Position numbers and translations under genes: made by a program. Source: Tubiluchus corallicola (lineage: Eukaryota; Animalia; Priapulida). From it: DNA of 64,000 bases. Below are positions 13,401-25,500 of the stretch, one piece after another. The stretch lies in the NCBI GenBank assembly GCA_030141605.1, contig JAQGDQ010000075.1, forward strand, positions 124,001 through 188,000, given 5' to 3'. The notes below the pieces were generated by a model. The model made no database searches. It was not told the DNA's origin and saw nothing but the letters and a program-made list of their open reading frames with translations. The stretch's first letter is position 1. Each line of letters begins with the position of its first letter.

Positions 13401-16400
13401 GTTGTTATCTTAGTTGCATCGATTGCCGGATGATCTAGTGACGGATGATAACAAGACATTACCCACAATGCCACACTCCAGTCGATCTAAGAATTTATGT
13501 GCTTGCAACTGTGGAAAGACACAAGCTAACAGAGATGATCCATTTGATATAAAGGTTTGTTCTGTTTGTTGCTGGTGAATGTTTGTTTGTGAATTGCCAT
13601 TTTGCTTGAGTTTATTTGAAAGATAAATTGTTTATATAGTTACCATTGAAAACTGTTTCTGTGGGTTGTTCATATTGTAATGGTTTGAACTTTCTTGAGA
13701 TCCAATCTGCACAAACTGGCTTGAACAATATTTTGATATTTTTTGAAGTCGAGTTCGGTAAACTGTACTTCTCTGAAATCCTTTAGAGAAACTTTGTGAC
13801 GTCATTGTGAGATATCGCGTTATGCTGTGTTTACTCTATAACCTTACAGAGTCCACAGGTATTGTAAGTCTCTCTGAATGTTATTTCTTTTCTGCAGTGA
13901 TGATATTGATGACTCTATAAACCAAAGAGTATTAATGCAATACCTTTCTGTGACATCTATGACTTGTTTGTGCATATGCATTACGTGGGAGTTTCTTAAT
14001 TGAATGTTAGATGAAAATTTTGGCTACATTTTAACACTGGTGAAGCTGATTATGAGGCCGTTTCATCAACTTTCCGAGTGTTTTGAATTTTGGTCATATT
14101 CAGGCACAATACCATTAGGTATCTAAAGCCTCTGTCATCCATGTCAGTTTTAGCAACCCTAGGAAGATATGGAGTGCTAAACAAATTGGTTTTTGATCTT
14201 TTGGCTAACCTATTCAAGAACTATCTACTGGTATGTCTTATAAGCTGTGCAGTTCTGCTGAACTCATCATTTTGCCACAGTTGAGAATTATTTCTCTTCA
14301 CTAAGTAAATAAACTGATCAGTGTTTATCCATTCAGTAGTAATTTTTTTGTTGTTTTTTTTATAGGCAGCCAATTTTGACTTCTACAAGAACCTTGAAAA
14401 CAACTGTTGTGGCGAATTGGAGCATTTTGAGTTTCCCGTATTTGAAGCAACCAGTGAGCAAGTTGCACCTGCTAACTTACAGGTAGAGCCATCTACTGTA
14501 AAATCTTCTAAAACAGATGAGGAAACTCACGGCAGTATGAGTCTCGGAACCAACCTCAGTAAGTTGTGTTAGATAACAATATTGTTGTAGGTACACTGCT
14601 TAGAAGCACATTTTTTTATTTAGTTCGTGTGTGAAGGAGCAGACAAACAAACAAATAATGCTGCATCAAAGGTCAGTACTAGTGTGAAAGATGACACAAC
14701 TGCAAGATAATGTGGTTTGGAGCATAATACAAGAAGTCCAAGAGGTTTTATTACAGGTAGCACACAGCAGATTAATTGCACAGCATGTAAATTCATTAAC
14801 GGCTGTCTTAGTAAGGTAAAACACGTGACGTTAAGCAAGAGATCACTTTTAATTTGCACAAAAGACTGAACAAAAAAATGTTAATATGTTAATGCTTTCT
14901 TGCATTAGTACGACTCTGTTTATACTTAATTAATTTAAATTTGTAATTAAATAGGCTTGTTGTTGCAAATCAGTAACAAAAATGTCTGCGATTTTTACAT
15001 CGTTGATGCCATTAAGAATTTCGTAACATACAAAAAAGAAAATCACCCTGCATTCGTGTGTAAACAGTAGCAATTAATTGTTACAGTGCACATTGTTTCA
15101 AAAGTGTTTTGAAATTTTCTTCGTCATTAATTTTTTTTTGACTAAGCAAGTTTTATGGAATTTACAAAATAATTATTCCCATTGAGCTGAATATTAAACT
15201 CTTGTTTGAATTACTATGTTTCATAATATAGGTCAGTCTGTAGGCGATGAAGACAAGGAAGAAGTGTTGCAGAAAGTACTAGAAGATCTGACAGTTAAAG
15301 ATGAAGGTATATTTATAACTTTATTTTGCTTCATAAACTCTAGTACAAGTAGTCTATTTAGTATCATTTTAGCATATATTGATTAGCTACTTGTTAGAGA
15401 GGTATGAAGGCTCACTAAAAATTTATTCAGTACATATGATACTAATAAAAATACCCGATATGTTTGGTATGATAACTTGTCAAGAAGATGACCATTAAAA
15501 TATATTTATATCTGAGGGCCGACTTACAAACTGTTTGGAACATTGCAGTAATGGAAGTTAGCAAATAAAGAGGAACAAGCAAGCCTGCAACTACTTGTTT
15601 GTTTTTTTAGTACTGCAGCTTTTTTGGGAGTACATACAAAAATTTTGATCATGTTGGTAGATTGAAATTTATAGATTTTTAATTGCTGTCTAGTATCTGT
15701 ATAGGTTGATTGTAGTTTTTTCCTAGTCATTTCAAGTTGTTTGTTTCTATTGTTCTTAAATGCTTTCTTAAAATTATATATTCTTTAGCGAGTCATGGGA
15801 ACTAACTTGTATTGATCGCTTACTGATTGATTGTTAACTGATCATCTCAAAAAAATGTGTGTTAGTTATGGAGACGGTACTCCTGAAATCACTAGAAAAC
15901 AGAATGTTTTGCCACCTTTCTTTTGTGGTTTTTGTACAAAAGTGCTTTCAGTTGTGTCTTTATATTGTCAAGGTTGTGTTCTCTCTTAAATAATCAGCCT
16001 TTGCCATAATTGATGGTGTAGTGTCTCTTTTTATCAATTTGTGAAGTAGGATTAAACATGATGCTCATTCCATTATACTAATGATATATTTAACAAGTAT
16101 GGACAGCACTTTAAATATTGCAATGACAAAATGTCACAAACTCGAACAGCTTTTTGCTCAACAGAGTTAGTGCTGTTGTCTCAAAACAGGTTTGCAGGTT
16201 TCTCTGCCAAGTAACTGTTTTTCATTGCCAATATTTGATTCTAATTTTGCTTACAGAGAAAGAAGTAGCAAGCCAGATATCCACAACTGAATATTTAGAT
16301 GGAATGTTGCACAGTGAAAGCCCACAGGGGTTGCGACCTCAATTTCCTCATTGGTCTCTTGTTTGTCTGGGACCTGCTTCCTTATACAGTCCTAATTCAG

Positions 16401-19377
16401 GTACAGCTATTCAGTAAAGATGGCTTGTATTTGACACTTGCATCAATTTAGATACACATAGAGTAGATGGATATGTGTTTATAGCTGAGGGATTTCAAAT
16501 GAGGTCAGTGTCATTAGGCCTGTGTAAAACTGAAATATCAGTGTGTAAAATCAGTAAATGCTTGGTGCCTAACGAAAGCATGATGTTTGCATCAGTGTAG
16601 GTGAACGACATGCAACAGATGTGAATATAAAAATTTTATACGAAGTCAATAGAAATTAATCAGAAGATACAGAAGAGTACTTGAGATTTGTTTCATAGCT
16701 GTACCAGTTGCACCCAGATTAAGTTGTCCAATGCTCATGAAATTAAACTACTTTTACTCTTGGTAGCAAGTTATATTTTGAATCTAAATTTTCTATTTTT
16801 TTTAGCTAAGTTGTAGTTATTTGAGTGTGAAGTCCTACAGAATAGTTTAATATTTTTAGGTTTGGATTTTCCTGGATTTTTACATGGTAGTAATTACTTG
16901 CTGCCTTGGGAAATCCAACCAAAAGTACAACAACAGGAATCCACTGAAAAATGGCCTTCTATTGGTGAAAGCAGCAGCAAGAAAGGGCAACATAGGACAA
17001 AGAAAAGTGTTAAAGGTAAGCAGTAAAACTTTCCATTTTTTGTTTGATTACAAGTACTTCAACATATTCGTTTTTAGAGTGGATTAAATTGATTGATCTT
17101 TACAACCGTTAAGCCTGATCACTCTTGCTTATTTTGTTAAGTGGTGGTGCACTTGGAACAGCTGGGTATGAGTTCGAAGAAAAACTGAAATTATGCTCTG
17201 CTTAAGCTCATACGTAGCTATAAATTAAGCATTAATATGATTTTACAGAGTATGGACTACGATTTATCATTGACAGAGCTCTAGTTGTTTTTTTAATTAA
17301 TTGCTTGTTGTGAGAAACCAATTCTAGTCAAGTTTTCTTGCTGAATCCCCCCGAACTTTCTTAATTAAGCCTCATTACAATTTCTGGAACGAGATAAATA
17401 AAACTAAATTGATCAGAATTGATGTATACATACATGTTGTTGAAAATTATATTTATGATTATGTATCAATTCCTAATGGGATCAAAATATAAAAGTTTTG
17501 TGTGAACTACTGATTACTTTTTTTCATATTATCCTTGAAATAACAGATTTCTAAAATTCAAATTGCACTTAAGTAATTAATCACATAATGTGTTAACCAT
17601 GTGGGAAGCCAGATTTTGATTTTTTACAACTACTGATTGCTCAAACTAGTTTTTCTAGCAATCACTCTCGTGCCTTTTGTGGTCTTTTTTGTTTGTGTCT
17701 TTGGTTTCGTGTTTAAAACTTGACTGAAAGAGAAGACATATCCCAGAACTCTTTTAGTAATTAGAGTCAGAAAACTTGCAGGGCAAACATCTGGAGTAAG
17801 GGCTCAGACAGTAGTGTAGATAAAAAGCCTGCGATTGCCTGTTTAAAGATCCAAGATGGGCCAAAATATGGAAATTATGGCAAATGACTTTGTCCCTCAA
17901 TTTGTAACATTAAGTGACTAAGTGACATAGTAAACTGCATTGTGCTAAGTATACTTAAGTGCTAACTAGTCATGTGCTAACTTTTACCATTTAGTCACAT
18001 TTTAGCATGAGCTACAAGTATCTACATGAGTTAACCACACTCTACCAGGTATAATCAGCGGTAAATGCAGTTACAGCATTATGCTCGTGGATTTGGATCT
18101 GAATTCATTCAGTCTTGTTTATTAGGAAGGCAGTGAATGACTTTTGCCGTTTATTCTGTGATTTATACTTGACTTTATTATTCAAATTATTTTATTGCAA
18201 TTTTTGTGTTAGATGTGGATTTGCAACCTTGCACAGCATATGTAGGAGTGGAATTCGAGTGTCCCCGAGGTCACAGATTCTTCTGCTCTGGACCAGACAA
18301 GATGCTGAAGATACCTTCAAACAGTGTGGTAAAGGACAATGCAACCAAACTCTTATCATTAGACATGCCCCTATACTTCCCTTGTCCATGCAGGTACATG
18401 TTTTTGAACTGCAGTAAATAGCAGTGTAATTTTAACACACACTTTTTAGGCTTTATGATATAATACTCCTTGAACCTTATTTTACTTGATAGGGCAGTGT
18501 GATTTTCAATGTGAAAGAATCTGTAAATGCGTTCTTTTACTGTGCTATGTGTGATATATGACATAAAAGTCTTGTAAAAAAAGAAATTGTGTATAAGCGG
18601 ATATTTTGAAGGATGTTATTTGTTTCTAAAACATCTTATATTTAATAAATTAATGGTAGCAAAATTGATTGTGTTCACGGCAATCCATGTTATGGCAAGC
18701 AAAAGACGTCCATAAGATTAATAGGCAAAAGCTCAAATACCAAAATTCTAGTGTTGTAACATTATGTAGAAATCCTCGAAAATATGCAAACTTATATATT
18801 TGTAAAGATGTGATTTTTTGATTAATGAAAGACAAATGTTAATGGAAATGTTAACAATTCTGTACATGTGTAAGTCAAAAATTATGCATTTTGGCGATTT
18901 TGCATCTTTAACATGTTTTTTTAAGATTTGTCTAATGCTACCACGTGTTATTTTAGATCGTCTAAATCTCTGAAAGCACAGATGATGAGGATTTATGTGG
19001 TGGTACCAAAACACCCCGTTACCATAACACTGGAACCAAAGGTTCTGCCTGCTCCTATCCCTTGTCCTGTATTCTTTCCTGGTTGTAAAGAGCCGATAAC
19101 TTTAGGGAACAACAAGTTCTGGGTAATGCGATTGCCGTATCCTTTTTCATCAAATTGGAGCTAGTTACTTGTGTAAGTTTTCGTTTCTATAATGTTGTCT
19201 GTTCAAAAAGCACTATGAGTTAGTATCTGTCTGAGTTTATTTTGTTGTCCTTCATTTTTCCTTCACCACTTTGTTAGATATATTTATTTAGGAGATCATG
19301 GACCGTATTATGCACCAACGGATTCTGTATCGGTATCATTGGGTCATTTAGTCAAAGGGTTACTTAAAGTGGTTTAA
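1500..19377 (+). CDS. SMG8: Nonsense-mediated decay factor SMG8 (SMG1 complex subunit), 20 coding exons, 864 aa
   Basis: Exons: 1500-1567, 3276-3396, 4069-4125, 4961-5083, 5713-5864, 6923-7088, 7827-7915, 8638-8774, 9158-9288, 9857-9993, 10612-10699, 12044-12199, 13414-13554, 14366-14558, 15232-15306, 16257-16400, 16860-17015, 18213-18393, 18957-19136, 19278-19377. All introns are GT-AG with consistent phases, total 2595 nt. SMG8 motifs: VCIVTIVGKS, FLFSVSHII, GRLCPPRVLFLF, LQHLLEDQIYRILRKSR, NSLFAVPANQEYV, NARGPA, GRQLCE, CACNCG..RDDPFD, STTEYLDGMLH, FPHWSLVCLGP, EFECPRGHRF, DMPLYFPCPC, WVMRLPY. Confidence 0.95.
4340..4410 (-). mobile_element. tRNA-derived SINE head remnant in SMG8 intron 3
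   Basis: The reverse complement reads ggctgagtggtaatagc...ggttcaaatccg, i.e. Pol III A-box-like and B-box-like motifs without a full cloverleaf. Confidence 0.45.
12457..12619. mobile_element. Palindromic MITE in SMG8 intron 12
   Basis: Perfect 16-bp inverted repeat taatgatggaacaaac (12457-12472) / gtttgttccatcatta (12604-12619). An inner inverted pair caaacttgaaagacagga / tcctgtctttcaagtttg is present, and gtctttcaagtttggat is duplicated internally. Confidence 0.7.
19137..19277 (+). other. U12-type (minor spliceosome) GT-AG intron, last intron of SMG8
   Basis: The 5' splice site is GTATCCTTT, the U12 consensus. A branch-point-like TTTTCCTTCAC lies about 10 nt before the terminal AG. Splicing it joins WVMRLP to YIYLGDHGP..LLKVV*, matching the SMG8 C-terminus. 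Confidence 0.88.
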
Positions 19378-20664
19378 ATATCCCTTGCATTAGTAATGAA
19401 AAATGCTATTGTATTTTTGGATGTAGTTTTTTACTTGTTTACAGCAATATGCAGAGGGTCATATAGAAAAAAATTATCCAAGTTAACTCATAACCCTTAA
19501 TCTTGGCAAAAATACTTGTAACAGGAAACCTATGCCATTGTGTAGCCTGGTTTTTCCTCTTTCCAATGAGCTGTAAATATCCCCACCCTAGATGCCCGGC
19601 AAGTGCTGGTGGGACATCTTTTTTTACATTAAGTTCCGGTTATGAGCAAAAAACTACTATTTTTGGAGATTTGTCAAGCATTGTTCCTAGAGGAACGCTA
19701 TATAATGAAAAATGTCTTAACGAGGTCTTGCAGTGAAATTTATAGTGCTTAGGAAAGATTCGAAACCCAGTGGCATGCTCATATAGCCTATATGACTTGT
19801 TTATAGGACTTGATCAGATATAGGACTTGTTTATATATGCTTGTATAGCAGGAGGAACAGCTGCAAGTTAGCTTGAAGTAATGATTTTTCTGGATAGCCT
19901 TTTCTGGTGTACATTTTTCCGTTTTATTTGGAATTGAATGTACCATTCCAACAGTGTTTCCTGAATAAATAAAAAATCTCACAATTAAAAAACAAGGAAA
20001 AAGAAAGGGCACAACGTTTCAAGCTACCACTCTAGTTGTCATAAGAATTAATCTGTATTAACAGTGTTTCCCGTGCCATAGCTTTTAGTGAAATAATTAA
20101 AACCTCATTTACGTTTTCACCAACTTATGTTCAATAATTCCATTTTGTATCGTCTCTGTTTGTAAACTTATATGTGCTGTATTAAGAACAGTGTTTAAAT
20201 TTGCGATTCTTTCGTGTATATTTGTTTTGTAATTATAATTGCAAATAAAAATTATATTACTTAGCAAGAAAATATGTGAAATAGTATTTATCTCCTTACA
20301 CGATGATCTTTGCAATACTATTACTATTTATTATTATTTATTACTATTATTATTTATTAGCTACTACGATGTAATTATATTTGTCTGAAAATTGATTTCA
20401 GAAATAAACCAGTACACCTTGTACATTTATATATATATATAAATAACCATTTATATACTAAATGAAGTATCTCATTCTGGTGCCATCTCATTGATGGTCT
20501 ATTTATCGATCTGGGCCACGTGGAGGTTCTTTCCGGCCGGTATTTAATGAAGAGAAAGTGTTTGTGTGGTTATAATACATTCTAAAGTCTGTTTTGCATA
20601 GGGTATTATAGGTACAATCCCACCTTCTAGCTTGCCAAAAAGACCAAATGAATGGAGGGAAGAT

Positions 20665-20678
20665 GAGTGAGTGAGTGA

Positions 20679-20750
<72 letters not shown>
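20665..20750. repeat. (GA)n microsatellite between the convergent SMG8 and carotenoid oxygenase 3' ends
   Basis: About 30 near-perfect GA units, preceded by GAGT units. Confidence 0.97.
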
Positions 20751-20753
<3 letters not shown>

Positions 20754-22536
20754 CAGAGAATGAAAGATAGAAAGAAATAGGCAGAAAAAGGGAGAATGCA
20801 AAGTTGGTTCTGGAAAATTAATATCCAGGAGTACTGCATCAGTGTTTCGGTTGCTGCTGATCATATTTTTGTCTTTATCACATTGTTATTACCGATTGAT
20901 CAGTGTGATCAGATGAATATGATGAAACAATATACTGGTAGCAAGATTTTTTTATTTTACGCATAAATGTACTTGATACATACAACAGTAAAACAGAGCA
21001 TTTATTTTCTAGAGAAAATTAAGACAAAAACCGTTATTCATGAATATTCACAATAAATTTGTGTAAGTTTTAGTTTATTAATTTATAAAGCCCATTATCT
21101 ACATGTATAATGTAATATTCTAGTGGGCTACATTTCACAAAAATATAAAAGCTGGCAATTATACAATGCATTAGATCTATCAGACTTGAAATTAACAAAC
21201 TGTTACTAGTAAAACTGAGAAATATTAAAATTGATGCAAAATAATTCAGATATAAATTTTGTTTTTATTACTGTAAAACAACAATTTCTGATATTACAGT
21301 CTTTTAGATGTACATAATTTGTGCGTTTAAAATACAGCTTACATCAATCTATATTAGTTTAACAACCTATAAAATAACAACACTGTAGAAGACATAAATA
21401 CGTTTAAATAACTAAGTACATAATTACTAAATTCAGCAAATATAAGTGTAAAAAACTATTAAAAAATTCTTAAAACAATCATCGATTGATTAACAAATTA
21501 ACAATTTTAAAAAAGAGTAGAAGTAAAGAAGTTGGGACCTAGTGTTTGGGTCCTTGCAGTTAACCACCTTTTTTTACAATTTCGTTTACCTTGCACAAAA
21601 GCCTTTACCATAAAATGGTAACCAATGGCTGTTACTACATACTCTGGTTATCAAATAATCCAGAGTTAATATTCTTGACGTGCATTTTTCTCTTAGGTAT
21701 ATACATGTAAATAGATTTTCTTCCAAAATGCAAGTCTTAAACAATTACCGCTGTCAAATCAAAAAATTGTATAAAATCAGTGTGCAACTCATATTCCATT
21801 CTTATCCTATCTGCAAGCGAAACATGCAAAACTGAGAAATTTGGAGTAAGAAGAGACCACGAGTGAAAAAAGATAAAAAAATCGTATGTATAATCCTGAC
21901 ACATTCTATGACTGTTCAGTATTTTTTCTGATAATGACATTTTAAAAATTATCAAAAATTTGCAAACACAATTTGATTTCCACAAGTGACTAAACTAAAT
22001 TATACAAAGTCTCTTAAAATAAATTTTTCAGATTTAAATTATTGCAAATTTGCATCCCATAACACTCTTCAATGGTGCATTATATTCGACAATAAAAATT
22101 TGTGGGAAATACATGCAATTTAGATTTCGAAATTTAATACTCATAGAATTGTGCTGTGCTGTTGAATTGCCGTACAAAAAGGGATAGTAAACGCTAAGTT
22201 TCATGTTGAAATTTTTCATGGAGTGTGCTAAAAATTTCAATTAGCATGCAATGTGCAATTTGTGCAGTGTACTGTTAAAATCAGACATCAAAAAATTTGC
22301 ACTCTACTTGTACAATACTGAGAAAGACAGAGGCCGAAGTTTCTTGCATTTCTTGCGGAAAAATGACTTGTTACTAATAATTAATGTGTGGTACAATTTC
22401 CAATTGCTGTTTGCAGCAATAAAGAAATACCATCAAGAGACTACTTGCTCTTTGTCTTATTGTGTCATAAAAAACAATATTCAAACTAAAGCACTTGCTT
22501 AAGGGCGAAAGTGCTAGTTACATTTGCAAGTCAACA

Positions 22537-25500
22537 TCACGTTCTATTCACGAAAGCAGCATGTATGCCCATAGTGCGTACCTGTCCCACTTCAGCCCTG
22601 GCCAACTCTGTGAAGCTCTTTGCGTCTAGCAACAATAAAAAATCTGGTTCATCATCACCCACGTCACACACTAAAGCTACAACCACACCTGTAATACAAG
22701 AATAATTATTTAATGAAAATGATACATGGTTATGGGCCCACACCTACACAATAGTTCAGTACTGTAATATATTGGTAACATGTAACAGCTGCAAAGAACC
22801 AATTTTTTGCTTTATTGTTTTTAAACAGTTTAGCACATTCAAAGCCCAGGTTTATCGTTGCTTAATATAGATGTCTGTTACAGAATTAGCAAAGACCTCA
22901 AAATCAATGATAACAATTTTAGATGGAGACTCTAAAGTGGCAGTTGTGACTTAGTCGCATTTGGACGTTTATACATTGTTGTATATAAATCGTTGCGGTC
23001 ATGTAGCAGACACACTTTTCAGGACATCACCCATCCGTTTACTAAACAGGCCTATGGCTGCTTAATTTCTACTGCAAAGCACAAGCCTGTGAACAAAATT
23101 ATCCTCAAACAAAGCACTATTTTAGTAGTGCCAAATACCTTCAAGAAAATGACAAATACTTCCAGAGTTGTTCAGAAACTATTCTATTATTTACTAATGT
23201 ATCTGCATTAATTATCATTAGCCTTTATTTTGTACTTGTAAGACAATACTTACAAAAAAGCAAGTACAAACAATAGAAAAGGACAAAAAGTAGATCAACA
23301 CACAACAAAAGATAATAATTACAAAAAAGATAATTAGCAGGTTAACAAATGGGTTAAAATATCTTTGATTTCCTGATTATCAAAACCAGGTAAATGACTA
23401 GCATTAAAAAGTAATTCATTGGCTACTGATAAATTGACATAGTCATTCTATAAACGAGACGGTAATTGCTTTTTAATCATACTTTGTGTCTCTCTTGCTG
23501 AATTAAAAACAATGTTAAGAAGATTGCTAATATTGCATAAATTAACAAGCCCAAAGTTTTAACAACAGTGTAGAGATGCAACAAACAAGCATTGCACTGC
23601 ATAATTTGAAATAAAATGGTATTAATTGAAGTGTTAAGGGCAAATCTGGGAATTCAGAGTAAGGAAAACAGAATGCCTCAAATGTTGACAACTTGGCTAA
23701 CTCCACACTGCTATGAATTAACACAGTTTTAGTTTAGCTTATTCACATTCAGTACATAAATAGTGGCATATACAGTAAGACATATACCGGTGAAATTGAA
23801 ATATATCATATGCACAATATAAGAATCTATGATGACGCTAATTAAACTCAGCAGCAAGTATCATACTCAGTAGCAGCGGCATGGCATCTGCTCAGCATTA
23901 ATAACAAAAAATTAGATTTGCCAGGAACCAGTTTATTGGTCTAGATGGATTTTTACTTATTATGCACTTTATTACCCTGTAATCGTGTCAACTGAGGTTT
24001 TTTCATTTGGTTTAACCATTTAAATACATATTGTTAAAGACTCAGCACACTCATATGTTTACAGCATATTGAAAATGTCAAATGTACAATCCATGAAACA
24101 GAAGGTGAGAGAGCTTATTCAGAGTTGCCTGGATGGCAATTTAATGAAACCTGTTATATAAATGTATGACCGAATAATTTACAAATAAATACAAACAATT
24201 ACAAAATTACACCAGTAATAAATAAACAGCACCAATATTATAAATTATATTATACAAGTACATTTATACACAAAAAACATTTTAATTGGGTTTAAGTTGC
24301 TTGCCATTTTGAATGAAATCTATTACACTTAGGAAGGAATATATTGCAATTAACAGCCCCAGAAAAATTGTTAGAGCCATTTAAAAGTAAGTTTACAATG
24401 GCTTGTTTTTGAATCTAGGTTTTTCCTCAAGTTCTCTATATAAAGACCTATCTAACTGTAACACTATAAGTGATTTACTGTGTTAAAGGGGACCCATGAC
24501 ACACCCATGTAATATGGCTTTATTTTAAACAAGTAATACGAGTTATATAAGGGTTGATTTATGTGATGTACTTACCATCATCCTCTAATTCTCCATCTGG
24601 GTGTGGTATGAATACTGGCTCACTTGGGTACTGGTTTACATCACCCTTCCACTGTGTCACATTTCCCGTATTAACCTCAACCTTTAACAGCTGCACACAA
24701 AAAATGGTTGATCAATCCATTTTCAGCCAACCAAGTCAGTTTAAAGATTAGATAAGGGCTGGCAAAATTGTTTATTTAGTGCAGGTTGTTCACCGTGAAA
24801 GTCAACTGTGACAGTGAAACTACTTTGAACTTAACAATCGCAATTAAGCAACACACACTGATGTAGCAGTTTAATCCATCCTGCTCAAAATGATTAAGCC
24901 TCATATATCAACTATTGCAAATTGTTCAGTTCTAGCCACTTGACACTTTTATTCAGACAAAATTTGATAAATGTACTTCATTGATTGGCAGTCTTGATAC
25001 AACCAAGATACACAGGCCGAAACAATATTTATTTTTTGTCAGTCCCAAAAGCTTTTGGATGTTGTTTACCATAAATTCGTTGTTTATAATAATTATAACG
25101 GCATTGGAATGCATAATTTATTTTGATACTTCTCCCTTTGTTTGTAATTAACTTGCTCTTGTTGCGAATGAAGCCGTCACTTCAAATATTAATGTCCCTT
25201 ATATTAGCAATAACATGTGTCATTGTCAGCAAATGTTATAAAACATACAGCAACATTTGCAATGTTAATGTGAAATATTACATCACATTAAACAATGAGC
25301 CTACCGAGTTCTTGTAACCGCCATACATCGTGCCTGATGTTGCATAAAAATACTGATAATTCTTCCCATTATACTTCTCATAGTTAATTCTTGGCAGTTC
25401 TAAGCCTGGAAATACAATGAAAACAGTTAACTCAAGGATGGTAGCAAGATTAATAATTTTTACTGATCAGGCAGATGATATGACATATGACGACCAACTA

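Noticed and set aside
20544-20864. ORFs with poly-(LS) tracts
   Set aside because: They are translations of the (GA)n microsatellite.
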